A DNA stretch of 64,000 nucleotides from Eledone cirrhosa. Lineage: Eukaryota. Shown here piece by piece: positions 1-15,119 of this stretch. The position numbers and the translations under genes are program-made. Below the pieces are notes generated by a model that was not told the DNA's origin, made no database searches, and was given only the letters and a program-made list of their open reading frames with translations. The stretch spans positions 54,870,001 through 54,934,000 of the forward strand of contig OZ024748.1 in assembly GCA_964016885.1 (NCBI GenBank), read 5' to 3'. Within the stretch, counting starts at the first letter, position 1, and the number at the start of each line of letters is the position of its first letter.

Positions 1-441
1 AGAGAGAGACATACAGACAGACAGACAGAGACAGACAGACAGACAGAGACAGACAGAGAGAGACAGACAGACAGACAGAGACAGACAGAGAGAGACAGAC
101 AGAGAGAGACAGACAGAGAGACAGACAGACAGACAGAGAGACAGGCAGAGAGAGACATACAGACAGACAGAGAGAGACAGACAGAGAGAGACAGACAGAG
201 AGACAGACAGACAGACAGAGAGACAGGCAGAGAGAGACATACAGACAGACAGAGAGAGACAGACAGACATCACAGACAGAGAGAGACAGACAGACAGACA
301 TAGACAGACAGAGAGAGACAGACAGAGAGAGACAGACAGAGAGAGACAGACAGAGACAGGCAGACAGAGACAGACAGACAGACATACAGACACAGACAGA
401 CAGACACAGACAGGCAGACAGACAGACAGAGACAGACAGAC
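1..441. repeat. Compound (AGAC)n/(AG)n microsatellite
   Basis: Continuous agac/agag units from the window start. Confidence 0.95.
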
Positions 442-1442
442 ATGAACAGTTTCGTACATTGATAAAGTGTTGAATATAGAAAGAGACAGAAATTTAGACT
501 CGGTGCAAAACTAAATAGATTGGAAAGTAGAATGGAACTCGGGAACGAGTGGTTGCGAAGTGAAGCTATTAACCACTTGGCTGAGCTGGGTTCACGAGGG
601 AGAGGGTAAAGTAGAGAGGGTGATGAGAAAAAGCAGAGTTAGTCAGGTGTCTGCTCGATCTGGGCTGACGTAAGAGAGGGAGGACATGGGGGGAGAGAGC
701 TGGGGGGAGAGAGATGTGGGCAGAGAGATGGGGGGGGAGATAGATGGGGGGGAGAGAAATGGAGGAGGAGAGAGAGGGTGAGAGGGGAGAGAGGGTGAGA
801 GGCGAGAGAGGGTGAGAGGCGAGAGAGGGACGAGGAAGAGAGGGACGGGGAGAAGGACGGGGAGAGAGACGGAACGGGGAGAGAGACCGGACGGGGGGAT
901 GGGGCGAGAGGGATGGGGCGAGAGGGATGGGGAGAGAGGGATGGGGGAGAGAGCGAGAAAGAGAAGGAAGATAGAAAAAGTGACAGAAACTATATATATA
1001 TATATATATATATATACAAATATAGCGAGAGAGAGGTGGGGGTAGAATGAAATAGAGAGAATGAATATAGGGAGAGTTAATGAGTGATAGGGAGAGAGAT
1101 TATAAGAATGGAAATTAGCAATTAAAAAATTGTGAATATAAAAAAAAAACAAAAACAAAAACAACTGATGTGAGAATTAGTTTTCGAGACGTCTGGAAAT
1201 GGGAGGTCAAAATGTCATGTCAGAAGTGGGAGTGGTGGTGGGTAGGTTTTAAAGGTGTCTATTAAGTACGATGGGAAGAAGGGGTGGAAAAATGGTACTG
1301 GAAGATTGAAACCACTGAAGTGTAGGGTGGCAGTTGTATAAAGAACAAATTGATAAACACAGGCATACACACAGTACCAGAGAACATCATATTACAATAA
1401 GAAATAGTACATTAATTTTTACGCGTAAATAAATACAATATT

Positions 1443-1477
1443 ATTGGTGTTTCAGATGCTAGTCCTTCATCGGAAAG
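1443..1477 (-). ncRNA. Decayed minimal hammerhead ribozyme motif (same family as 56348-56383)
   Basis: Minus strand reads CCGATGA-A-GGAC-TAGC-ATCT-GAAAC, a mutated copy of CTGATGA-A-GGAC-TAGC-GTCC-GAAAC at 56.36 kb. Core U4 and stem II are mutated. Confidence 0.45.
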
Positions 1478-1536
1478 AAAACACAGAAAAATGAGTGCTT
1501 TGGAAAGTGAGGAAACCGAAAGAAAAACGTTAAAAT

Positions 1537-1606
<70 letters not shown>

Positions 1607-1751
1607 TGAGAAAGAGAGTGGTATTTCATTGATCGATCTTGAAAGGATAAAATGGTAAAGTTGATTTGAGAGAGAGAGAGAGAAATACCAGGTATTATAT
1701 TTCAAACTTTATAACATCCTGCCAATTCCTCATCTTATTAGCTACTTAAAA

Positions 1752-1970
1752 CCCTTTAGCATTTCAACCGGCCGCATCCAGCCAAAATTCTCTCACCTCT
1801 ATCTGTTGAAACCGGCTGTAACTGGCTGCTTATACTGATGTTAAGGTATTTTTCTCAAAATAAATAACATCAAAATCTCAGATTCAATATTATTCGAGAT
1901 AATTAAGTAATATAAAGCCTTTACCACAAAAATACAACAGTATATATAGAGTGATGTAAATGCTAAAGGG
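1752..1970. mobile_element. piggyBac-type non-autonomous MITE
   Basis: 13-bp TIRs CCCTTTAGCATTT / AAATGCTAAAGGG. The right end is followed by TTAA (1971-1974) and the left is preceded by TTAAAA. Confidence 0.7.
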
Positions 1971-2104
1971 TTAACAAAGAAGGTTCGCTAGTAAATAGTG
2001 AACAGTTACAAAACTATGACGTGGAAATCGTATGAACTCAGTTTAATTGTAAAGCAATAATAGAGTGTATTTATATTAAAATATTTAATTCTTATAAAAA
2101 CAAA

Positions 2105-2430
2105 GGAACAGCTTTACTTGATAGAATGCGTAGCTCGGAGATAAGAGAATCGCTCCAGGTAGAGCCGCTACTTCTCAAAATTGAGAAATAACTGCTCCCC
2201 TATATTAAGGACATCTCGTAAGAATGTCTCAGGAAAGAAGCGCTGGACAGATTTTTTTATCGGGCAAAACTAGCAAACAGGAGAGCAAGTGGTAGACAAC
2301 CGTGTAAGATTGTTAGATAATATTAGCTCGATTGGTCACGTTTGGGAATCAAACCTGATCAGTTGGAGATGGTTGCTTCTGAAAGCAGATGTGCTTGAGG
2401 ACTCTATTTCTATGACCCTCGCAGGAATAA
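2105..2430 (+). mobile_element. RTE-clade LINE 3' remnant (degenerate ORF C-terminus, Expander/Rex-like)
   Basis: With stops and frameshifts it reads LLDRMRSSEIRESLQVEPLLLKIEK*..GHLVRMSQER..RRASGR..WSRLGIKPDQLEMVA. This matches the RTE C-terminal pattern DRVRS.DIRE.L.VEPLLL.IE..QLRWFGHLVRM..R.RGRPR..W.RLGI. Confidence 0.8.
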
Positions 2431-2436
2431 GTGGGT

Positions 2437-2846
2437 GAAGAAAAAGAAGAAAGAAAAAGAAGAAAGAAAAAGAAGAAAGAAAAAGACAGAAAAAGAAAAA
2501 GTCAGAAAAAGAAAAAGACAGAAAAAGAAAAAGACAGAAAAAGAAAAAGACAGAAAAAGAAAAAGACAGAAAAAGTAAAATACAGAAAAAGAAAAAGACA
2601 GAAAAAGAAAAAGACAGAAAAAGAAAAAGACAGTAAAAGAAAAACGAAAGAAAAAGAAAGAAAAAGAAAAAGCCAGAAAAAAAAGAAAAAGAAAAAGGAA
2701 AATGAAAAAGAAAAAGAAAAAGAAAAAGAAAAAAGAAAAAAAGAGGAAAAAGAAAAAAAAACGAAAATGAAGAAAATTAGAAAAAGGAAAGAAAAAGAAA
2801 GAAAAGAAAAAGGGAAAGAAGAAAAAGTAAAAGAGGAAGAAAAAAA
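2437..2846. repeat. A/G-rich low-complexity tract (AAAAAG / GAAAAAGACA units) directly after the LINE 3' end
   Basis: Polypurine tract; the K/E/R-rich ORF is an artefact. Confidence 0.85.
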
Positions 2847-3291
2847 TTGGTAGGACCCAAACAGCGTTCGTTAAAATTTTCTGGGCTCAGTTTCTGGCTT
2901 TATATTTTAATGGAATGATTAAAGTACATAACTACTTTGGAGATGTTATATAATATGAAATAAAGTTAACATTTTAAATCAAGATGAATGAGGAATAATT
3001 AAATATTGCGTACTTAGAATAAGTTAAATTATAAATAAAGGGAAATGAATTGCAGTAATAAATATGCAATGGATAATTAAATGTAAGTAAACACAATTTA
3101 AAGTTTGAGAATATATTTAGGATATTCTAAAATTATGTTGAGAAACGTATTAATGTTATTCATTTTACCATCTGCTGCAAAATTTCAGTTTAGCTTAATA
3201 CATTAATCTTAAAGTAAATAAATATACATTTGATCACGAATTTGATAAACAAAATCCTTTTACAGATTCAAATACATATGTATTTGAAATA

Positions 3292-3323
<32 letters not shown>

Positions 3324-4210
3324 AAGCGTCGCATTAAATGGATGTGGTGCCAAATGAGCTTGATGTATTGCACATGCACTACATTTTAATTTGACATCAC
3401 ACTTTTAAAACGCAATACACTTCATATTTCTATACGTAGAGATGAAATAGATTGTGCATTAAAAATGTTCTGGACTTTGAGAATTAATTCCAGGAATAAT
3501 AAAATATATATACAAGATTATATTTTCGTGTGGTAAAACCCACACACAGAGGCGGCGGTTAATATTCATATATCTAATACATACAGCCAAATACTAGTTC
3601 AGATGTTTTAAAGAGGGGAGATTCATGTATAATAACTCGCACACTTTGGCAAAACAAATCAATTTCCATCTAATGTTATAGTTTAACATTTTATTTTAAG
3701 GGTCCACAAGTAACTGGACAAACTATTGTCAGTATGCTGGTTTCGGAAGGTTTATTTTTATTGTTAAAATCGCATCTTGAATGAAGTAGCATTCAATCCA
3801 GCGCCTTTGCTGCTTCTGATGCTGGTGGAGATCGCGTTGAAGGTGGTGATGTTGATTATGAGGGTAAAGATACTTTTGTGATGTGTATGATGATGATGAA
3901 CGGGATTTTGAGGAAGAGTAGAAGGTTTATTCTGAAAATCAGGACGATGCTGATGACACTGGTGATGATGATGAGGATCATAATGGAAATGTTATGTTGG
4001 TTATGATATGAAAATATGATAATATGATCATGGTAGTGGTGGTCATGATTGTTTTATTTTGTTGTTAGCGATGATGATAAAGATGGTGATAAAATGATTT
4101 CCACGAAGATGTATATGAGAGGGAATTTGATAAAAAAGGTTCAATTGAAGAAAGTGAAGGAAAAGGAGAAGGAATACAAGGAAGGTATTGGCAACATTGT
4201 TCACGATGAC

Positions 4211-4567
4211 AATAATAATTGTTTCTACTTTAGGCACAAGGCCAGCAATTACCCAGTACATTACTGGTACTTTATTTTATCGACCCCGTAAGGATGAAAG
4301 GCAAAGTTAACCTCGGCGGGATTTGAACTCAGACTGTAAAGGGACGTAACTATGCTAGAAAGCATATGGCAATAATAATTGTTTCTACTTTAGGCACAAG
4401 GCCAGCAATTATCCCAGTGCATTACTGGTACTTTATTTTATCGACCCCGTAAGGATGAAAGGCAAAGTTAACCTCGGCGGGATTTGAACTCAGATCATAA
4501 AGGGAGGTAACTCTATGCTTCAAAGCATGGCGTCCGACCCTCTACCGATACTGCCAATCCACCGCCC
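4211..4567 (-). mobile_element. Tandem dimer of tRNA-derived SINE family A (full-length 4371-4567 plus 5'-truncated 4211-4369) inside one TSD
   Basis: Minus strand has A box TGGCAGTATCGG, B box GAGTTCAAATCCC, body TTTGCCTTTCATCCTTACGGGGTCGATAAAATAAAGTACCAG and 3' end GGCCTTGTGCCTAAAGTAGAAACAATT(ATT)n. Direct repeat TGACAATAATAAT at 4207-4219 and 4568-4580. Confidence 0.9.
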
Positions 4568-5216
4568 TGACAATAATAATGATGGTTAAACTATTTTTTA
4601 TGCCGGGATTTTGAGATAGAAGGAAAATAGATAGACTACTATATAGGTACAAACAAACACATAGAAACAGTCTTATATATATATATATATATATATATAA
4701 AGAGAGAGAGAGAGAGAGAGAGATTGTTAAATGTACACATACATACACATACGAACACAAATGCAAGCATGTACATAGCGATACATGCTTGCATTCAGAC
4801 TGACAGATAAATAGAGAGATAGATAGATAGATAGAGAGATAGATATAAAGATAGATAGATAAATCGATAGGTAGATAGCTAAAGAGATAGACAAATAGAA
4901 ACTTATATAGATAAATAGATAAAAATGGAGGAAGTTGAAGGCAAAAAGAAGGAGAAAATGGATGCTAGAAATCAGAAGGAAAATAAATGCAGCTGAAGAA
5001 ATTGTTCACCACTGACGTCATCCTTGAGGCGAGGTGGTGGGTCGGAGCAGACGTGGCTGGTTGTCTAGCGGGTTGATGGGCATGCATACATACATGCAGG
5101 TAGGTAGGAAGGTAGGTAAGTAAGTATGTAGGCAAGAAAGTATGTATATATACATGTATAAAAGTAGGTAGTTAGGTAGGTAGGTAGATGTACATCGGAA
5201 GATAAGCAGAACGCCG

Positions 5217-5345
5217 GGTTAGAGATGTGTGTGTGTGTGGTTAGGGGTTAACGTTAGGGCAAGCACCAAGTATAGGGTTGGGGTTAGCGTTAGCGCTAGG
5301 GTTAGGGTGAGGGTCTTGTTTCGTGTAAGGGTTAGGGTTGGTCAA
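5217..5345 (+). repeat. Short degenerate (TTAGGG)-like interstitial tract
   Basis: Several GTTAGGG, GTTAGCG and GTGAGGG units interspersed with unique bases. Confidence 0.55.
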
Positions 5346-5424
5346 CACGGAGAGAAGCAGTAGTTGTCGTCTATGGGGTCTCATCTCACACCCAGCCCTC
5401 AGGTGTGTCAAATGTATGTGTGCA

Positions 5425-5487
<63 letters not shown>

Positions 5488-5630
5488 GGATGTGTATGTA
5501 TACAAAGAGCGGAATATCTAAAAGAGTCAGAGAGAGAGAAAAAGAAAGATAATATGAAAGTATGTAACGGACAGACAATTAGTGTTATATATATGTATAC
5601 GTACATTCATACATACACACACATATACAT

Positions 5631-5731
<101 letters not shown>

Positions 5732-5732
5732 C

Positions 5733-5821
<89 letters not shown>

Positions 5822-5929
5822 TTCTCAACCACTTCTTTGCTCTGGATGTAATTGTAAACTCCACAATTATAGAATTACCATCAATTCCTGTTCTACAGTT
5901 CACTACCACCACCTATACCACTACCACAA

Positions 5930-6960
5930 CCAATACCACTACCTATACCATAGCCAACACCACCTACATCTCACAGACACCATACCACTACCACTACCAC
6001 CACCTATACCATAGCCAACACCACCTACATCTCACAGACACCATACCACTACCACTACCACCACCTATACCATAGCCAACACCACCTACATCTCACAGAC
6101 ACCATACCACTACCACTACCACCACCTATACCATAGCCAACACCACTGACATCTCACAGACATCATACTACTACCACTACCACCACCTATACCACGACCA
6201 ATACCACCGACATCTCACAGACATCATACCACTACCACTACCACCACCTATACCATAACCAACACCACCGACATCTCACAGACATCATACTACTACCACT
6301 ACCACCACCTATACCATAGCCAACACCACCTACATCTCACAGACACCATACCACTACCACTACCACCACCTATACCATAGCCAACACCACCAACATCTCA
6401 CAGACATCATACCACTACCACTACCACCACCTATACCACGACCAATACCACCACCTATACCATAGCCAACACCACCAACATCTCACAGACATCATACCAC
6501 TACCACTACCACCACCTATACCACGACCAATACCACCACCTATACCATAGCCAACACCACCGACATCTCACAGACATCATACCACTACCACTACCACCAC
6601 CTATACCATAGCCAACACCACCGACATCTCACAGACATCATACCACTACCACTACCACCACCTATACCATAGCCAACACCACCCACATCTCACAGACATC
6701 ATACCACTACCACTACCACCACCTATACCATAGCCAACACCACCCACATCTCACAGACAACATACTACTACCACTACCACCACCTATACCATAGCCAACA
6801 CCACCCACATCTCACAGACATCATACCACTACCACTACCACCACCTATACCATAGCCAACACCACCCACATCTCACAGACAACATACTACTACCACTACC
6901 ACCACCTATACCATAGCCAACACCACTGACATCGCACAGACATCATAACCATCATAGCAT
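5930..6960. repeat. 61-bp minisatellite, about 16-17 copies
   Basis: ACCTATACCATAGCCAACACCACC..CATCTCACAGAC..CATACCACTACCACTACCACC recurs at 5941, 6002, 6063 and onward. Confidence 0.9.
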
Positions 6961-8499
6961 CACCACCTATACCAGCGCCAATACCACCAACAATAATCCA
7001 ACCATCATACTATCATCCATACCACTACCAATACTACCACCAATACCATCACCAATACCACAGTCAATACCACTGACAATATCCCAGACATCATACCATC
7101 ACCACTACAACCATACAACCACATATACCACTACCAATACTAGACATCCCAACCAACATACCATCACCAATACCACCACCACTACCACCATCATTATCAC
7201 CACCAATACCATCACCATCACCACCATCATTATCACCACCAATACCATCACCATCACCACCATCATTATCACCACCAATACCATCACCATCACCACCATC
7301 ATTATCACCACCAATACCACCACCAATACCATCACCAATACCACCAACACTATCCTCCAATCAGTACAGGCACCATACCATCAATACCACCCACATTATG
7401 CCATGACTAGTTCTATTAACATAACTACCATTATCCATATCCCCACGTATACCACTGGTACTCTATTCGCAACCAAACCATTCACCATTCACCCTCGTAA
7501 ACTCTATCATTCGTTTTGCAAGCAACACCATCACTCATCACTCATCAGTCACTCATCAGTCACCATCGTTACCGTCCTCATTATCCTTTTCATCATCATC
7601 ATTATCCTTGTTATCTTCATCATCATCATCACAATCATCATCATCGTTATCATCATCATCACAATAATCATCATCACAATCATCATCATCGTTATCATCA
7701 TCATCACAATCATCATCATCATCGTTATCATCCTCACAATCATCATCATCGTTATCATCATCATCACAATCATCATCATCACCATCCTTTTTTATCCTCT
7801 TCATCATCATCGTTATCATCAACACCATCATCCTTGATATCATCACAATCATCATCATCGTAATCATCATCATCATCACCAACCATCCTTTTTATCCTCT
7901 TCATCACCACCACCACCATCATCATCATCGTTATCATCATCATCATCATCACTATCATCCTTGACATCATCACAATCATCATCATCACCATCATCTAGAC
8001 CATCCATGTCTTGATCACCATACTGTCGCCTCTATCGCCAGTGTTACATTACTCCATCCACACACCCCACCCACAGATTCCACCTTCACATCCACCACCA
8101 CCACACATTCCTCCCTCCCCCCACCACTACACACATCACCCCTCTCTCTTCTTCCTCCTCCACTCCTCCCTTTCCTCATAAAATCCAGTCAACTCGCCAG
8201 ACCCCCCCCTCCCTCATATGTTCAACCATTCGATTCCTTTAACAACATAAGCCAAAGTCTTCTACCCCACTGCCCTCAACCACACCCCCACAGTCAACCA
8301 CTGGACCCCTCCCACACCTGGCACCCCCTTCCTTTCTCTACCATCACCACCATAGTTACACCACACCCCTCCCGCCTCTATCATGGCCACCATCAACACT
8401 GCTAACCTCACCACTGCAACTAGCACTACCACCCCAACTCCCACCACTACAACCACAAACACTATCATAACTATCCTCCACCACCCACCCACTAACACC

Positions 8500-9140
8500 C
8501 CCACCGCCGCCACTATCATAAATATCCCCACCGCCACCACCACTATTACTCTCATAACTATCCCCACCACCGCCACCACTATTACTCTCATAACTATCCC
8601 CACCACCGCCACCACTATTACTCTCATAACTATCCCCACCGCCACCACCACTATTACTCTCATAACTATCCCCACCACCGCCACCACTATTACTCTCATA
8701 ACTATCCCCACCGCCACCACCACTATTACTCTCATAACTATCCCCACCGCCACCACCACTATTACTCTCATAACTATCCCCACCGCCACCACCACTATTA
8801 CTCTCATAAATATCCCCACCGCCACCACCACTATTACTCTCATAACTATCCCCACCGCCACCACCACTATTACTCTCATAACTATCCCCACCGCCACCAC
8901 TATTACTCTCATAACTATACCCACCGCCACCACCACTACTATCATAAATATCCCCACCGCCACCACCACTATCATCATCATAACTATCCCCACCGCCACC
9001 ACTATTACTCTCATAACTATACCCACCGCCACCACCACTACTATCATAAATATCCCCACCGCCACCACCACTATCATCATCATAACTATCCCCACCGCCA
9101 CCACTATTACTCTCATAAATATCCCCACCGCCACCACCAC
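8500..9140. repeat. ~36-bp minisatellite (ACTATCCCCACCGCCACCACCACTATTACTCTCATA)
   Basis: About 17 near-identical 33-39 bp units. Confidence 0.9.
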
Positions 9141-9414
9141 ACCGTGAATACCTCCACCACCACCATAACTATCTCTCCACCATCAGTATTACCTTCATCA
9201 CTATCTCCAACACCAACATTAACCTCCACCACATACATCAACACCACCATACCACCACCACTACAGCCACTACTACTACCACCACTACAGTGACTACTAC
9301 TACTACCACCACCACCACTCCTACCACCACCACCACTACTCCTACTACCACAACCACAATTACTCCTACCACTATCACCACCACGACAATATCCACTATA
9401 TCCACCACCAGCAC

Positions 9415-12400
9415 CACCATTATCACCACCAACACCACTATCACCACTACCACAATATCCACCACCAACACCACCACCAACACCACTATCACCACTACCA
9501 CAATATCCACCACCAACACCACCACCAACACCACTATCACCACTACCACAATATCCACCACCAACACCACCACCAACACCACTATCACCACTACCACAAT
9601 ATCCACCACCAACACCACCACCAACACCACTATCACCACTACCACAATATCCACCACCAACACCACCACCAACACCACTATCACCACTACCACAATATCC
9701 ACCACCAACACCACCACCAACACCACTATCACCACTACCACAATATCCACCACCAACACCACCACCAACACCACTATCACCACTACCACAATATCCACCA
9801 CCAACACCACCACCAACACCACTATCACCACTACCACAATATCCACCACCAACACCACCACCAACACCACTATCACCACTACCACAATATCCACCACCAA
9901 CACCACCACCAACACCACTATCACCACTACCACAATATCCACCACCAACACCACCACCAACACCACTATCACCACTACCACAATATCCACCACCAACACC
10001 ACCACCAACACCACTATCACCACTACCACAATATCCACCACCAACACCACCACCAACACCACTATCACCACTACCACAATATCCACCACCAACACCACCA
10101 CCAACACCACTATCACCACTACCACAATATCCACCACCAACACCACCACCAACACCACTATCACCACTACCACAATATCCACCACCAACACCACCACCAA
10201 CACCACTATCACCACTACCACAATATCCACCACCAACACCACCACCAACACCACTATCACCACTACCACAATATCCACCACCAACACCACCACCAACACC
10301 ACTATCACCACTACCACAATATCCACCACCAACACCACCACCAACACCACTATCACCACTACCACAATATCCACCACCAACACCACCACCAACACCACTA
10401 TCACCACTACCACAATATCCACCACCAACACCACCACCAACACCACTATCACCACTACCACAATATCCACCACCAACACCACCACCAACACCACTATCAC
10501 CACTACCACAATATCCACCACCAACACCACCACCAACACCACTATCACCACTACCACAATATCCACCACCAACACCACCACCAACACCACTATCACCACT
10601 ACCACAATATCCACCACCAACACCACCACCAACACCACTATCACCACTACCACAATATCCACCACCAACACCACCACCAACACCACTATCACCACTACCA
10701 CAATATCCACCACCAACACCACCACCAACACCACTATCACCACTACCACAATATCCACCACCAACACCACCACCAACACCACTATCACCACTACCACAAT
10801 ATCCACCACCAACACCACCACCAACACCACTATCACCACTACCACAATATCCACCACCAACACCACCACCAACACCACTATCACCACTACCACAATATCC
10901 ACCACCAACACCACCACCAACACCACTATCACCACTACCACAATATCCACCACCAACACCACCACCAACACCACTATCACCACTACCACAATATCCACCA
11001 CCAACACCACCACCAACACCACTATCACCACTACCACAATATCCACCACCAACACCACCACCAACACCACTATCACCACTACCACAATATCCACCACCAA
11101 CACCACCACCAACACCACTATCACCACTACCACAATATCCACCACCAACACCACCACCAACACCACTATCACCACTACCACAATATCCACCACCAACACC
11201 ACCACCAACACCACTATCACCACTACCACAATATCCACCACCAACACCACCACCAACACCACTATCACCACTACCACAATATCCACCACCAACACCACCA
11301 CCAACACCACTATCACCACTACCACAATATCCACCACCAACACCACCACCAACACCACTATCACCACTACCACAATATCCACCACCAACACCACCACCAA
11401 CACCACTATCACCACTACCACAATATCCACCACCAACACCACCACCAACACCACTATCACCACTACCACAATATCCACCACCAACACCACCACCAACACC
11501 ACTATCACCACTACCACAATATCCACCACCAACACCACCACCAACACCACTATCACCACTACCACAATATCCACCACCAACACCACCACCAACACCACTA
11601 TCACCACTACCACAATATCCACCACCAACACCACCACCAACACCACTATCACCACTACCACAATATCCACCACCAACACCACCACCAACACCACTATCAC
11701 CACTACCACAATATCCACCACCATTATCACCACCAACACCACTATCACCACTACCACAATATCCACCACCAACACCACCACCAACACCACTATCACCACT
11801 ACCACAATATCCACCACCAACACCACCACCAACACCACTATCACCACTACCACAATATCCACCACCAACACCACCACCAACACCACTATCACCACTACCA
11901 CAATATCCACCACCATTATCACCACCAACACCACTATCACCACTACCACAATATCCACCACCAACACCACCACCAACACCACTATCACCACTACCACAAT
12001 ATCCACCACCAACACCACCACCAACACCACTATCACCACTACCACAATATCCACCACCAACACCACCACCAACACCACTATCACCACTACCACAATATCC
12101 ACCACCAACACCACCACCAACACCACTATCACCACTACCACAATATCCACCACCAACACCACCACCAACACCACTATCACCACTACCACAATATCCACCA
12201 CCAACACCACCACCAACACCACTATCACCACTACCACAATATCCACCACCAACACCACCACCAACACCACTATCACCACTACCACAATATCCACCACCAA
12301 CACCACCACCAACACCACTATCACCACTACCACAATATCCACCACCATTATCACCACCAACACCACTATCACCACTACCACAATATCCACCACCAACACC

Positions 12401-13090
12401 ACCACCAACACCACTATCACCACTACCACAATATCCACCACCAACACCACCACCAACACCACTATCACCACTACCACAATATCCACCACCAACACCACCA
12501 CCAACACCACTATCACCACTACCACAATATCCACCACCATTATCACCACCAACACCACTATCACCACTACCACAATATCCACCACCAACACCACCACCAA
12601 CACCACTATCACCACTACCACAATATCCACCACCAACACCACCACCAACACCACTATCACCACTACCACAATATCCACCACCAACACCACCACCAACACC
12701 ACTATCACCACTACCACAATATCCACCACCAACACCACCACCAACACCACTATCACCACTACCACAATATCCACCACCAACACCACCACCAACACCACTA
12801 TCACCACTACCACAATATCCACCACCAACACCACCACCAACACCACTATCACCACTACCACAATATCCACCACCAACACCACCACCAACACCACTATCAC
12901 CACTACCACAATATCCACCACCAACACCACCACCAACACCACTATCACCACTACCACAATATCCACCACCAACACCACCACCAACACCACTATCACCACT
13001 ACCACAATATCCACCACCAACACCACCACCAACACCACTATCACCACTACCACAATATCCACCACCAACACCACCACCAACACCACTATA
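9415..13090. repeat. Near-perfect 48-bp minisatellite, about 76 copies
   Basis: Sequence lines repeat exactly every 240 nt (5 x 48). The only variant unit (ATTATC) is at 9419, 11723, 11915, 12347 and 12539. Confidence 0.97.
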
Positions 13091-13800
13091 TATATATATA
13101 TTCACCACCACTATCACCACCACCACTATCACCACCACCACCGCCGCCACTATCACCACTATCACCACTATATCCACCACCACTATGCCCACCACCACCA
13201 CTATGCCCACCACCACCACTATGCCCACCACCACCACTATGCCCACCACCACCACTATATCCACCACCACCACCACCACCTCTTTTACCATTAAAATAAC
13301 CTGCTTTGTTTTTCCTTTCCCTGATATCTTCACTTTTTCCTTTCCTTTCCCTAATCCTTCATTTACAAACTTCATTTTTCCATCTTGTGTGATGATCCCC
13401 CTCTCTCTCTCTCTCCATCTTTCTATCTCTTTCTCTCCATATCTGTTTTTTTTTTCTCTCTCTATCTATCTATCTATCTATCTATCTTCTCTCTTTCTCT
13501 CACTCTCTCTGTTCCCCCCTCTTTCCTTGCTATATAGTCTCTCTCTATAGAACCCCAACACATCCCTATTGCTTGTCTCTACTATCTATCTTCTCTCTCT
13601 CTCCGTTTCCCCCTCTTTCCTTGCTATATAATCTCTCTCTATAGAACCCACCAGATACCTATTGCTTGTTTCCACTATCTCTCTCTCATTCTCTCCTTTG
13701 TATTTTCACTTTTTCTTCAGCTCTGACCCTTTAACTTCCTCTCTCGCCCTCTCTCTCCATCTCTCTCTCTCTATATATAGATATATCTCTCCCTCTATAT

Positions 13801-14215
13801 CTCTCTCTATGGTACCACTCTCCCTGACAGTCTCACTCTCCCGTTCCACCTTCACTCTCTAGCTTACTCTATCTCTCTATGGTACCACTCTCCCTGACAG
13901 TCTCACTCTCCCGTTCCACCTTCACTCTCTAGCTTACTCTATCTCTCTATGGTACCACTCTCCCTGACAGTCTCACTCTCCCGTTCCACCTTCACTCTCT
14001 AGCTTACTCTATCTCTCTATGGAACCACTCTCCTGACAGTCTCACTCTCCCGTTCGACCTTCACTCTCTAGCTTACTCTATATCTCTATGGTACCACTCT
14101 CCCTGACAGTCTCACTCTCCCGTTCCACCTTCACTCTCTAACTTACTCTATCTCTCTATGGTACCACTCTCCCTGACTATCTCACTCTCCTGTTTCATCT
14201 TCACTCTAGTTTACT
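13801..14215. repeat. 70-bp tandem repeat, about 6 copies
   Basis: ATGG(T/A)ACCACTCTCC(C)TGACAGTCTCACTCTCCCGTTCCACC.. starts at 13809, 13879, 13949, 14019, 14088 and 14158. Confidence 0.9.
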
Positions 14216-15119
14216 CTGCCTCTCCCTCTTTACTTCATTTTCTCTATCCCCCTCTCTCATTTCCTCTAGTCTTCTTAATTCGTGCAAACCACTCTTTATA
14301 TCTTTCACCCCTCTTCTATTTCTGCCACCCTCTCTCTCTTTACCTGTCTCTGTTTACTAACCCCCTTCTCTGTCTATCTATCTTTCTCTTTGCCAACCGC
14401 TTTATCTAAAACTGCCATCCCTCTATCTCCCTCTTTATATTTCTGTCACCCTCTCTCTATGTCTTTCTACCACCTTCCTTCTCTCTCCATATCTCTCCCC
14501 CCTTCTATCTCCCTCCCTATCTATATTTCTGTCACCCTCTCTCTATGTATTCCTGCCACCCTTACCCTTTCTTTCCATATCTCTGCCTCCCCTCTATCTG
14601 TCTTTATATATCTGTCACTCCCTCTCTATGTATTCCTGCCCCCTCTATATCAATCTATCGTTTACTCCATCACTCCCCTCTCTTTGTCTTCTCCTCTATC
14701 ACCCCCTCTTATTTTTATCAATATTACTCCTTTCTCGCTCTCTTCACTCCCTAGTAAATCTTTCTTCCATATACTCTCCCTTTCTCACTGCTAATCTCAT
14801 TAGCTTTTTTATTGTCACCCATTCTCCTCTCTCTCTTACTCTCTCTCTCTCTCCCTCTATTTATCTACTCTCTCTTTTTCTATTTTTTTCTGGCTCTCCC
14901 TATTTTCTCTACCCCCCCCCTCTCTCTATATATTTCTATATACTCTCCAGTCTGACTTACAACTCATCCTTTCCTTTCTAATTACACCCTATGTTAACAC
15001 TTACTATTTCCCTCTTCTCAAAGCTCTCCCCTTTTTACTCTCTATTTCTCATCAAAAGTACTCTCTAACTATTTTTATATATCATTCTATACGCCCTCAT
15101 CTCTTTTTATTCTACACTA

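Noticed and set aside
1162-1196. Hammerhead-like CTGATGT-GAGAA-TTAG-TTTTC-GAGAC-GTC
   Set aside because: Two core mismatches and a poor stem I; cannot be distinguished from chance.
5217-5345. True telomere or chromosome-fusion site
   Set aside because: Only a few degenerate TTAGGG units with no head-to-head arrangement; more likely internal to a repeat element.
9113-13375. 1300-1400 aa ORFs (Thr-rich mucin-like, Gly/Cys-rich, Val-rich)
   Set aside because: They arise from a stop-free 48-bp repeat open in multiple frames on both strands, with no non-repetitive domain or gene context.
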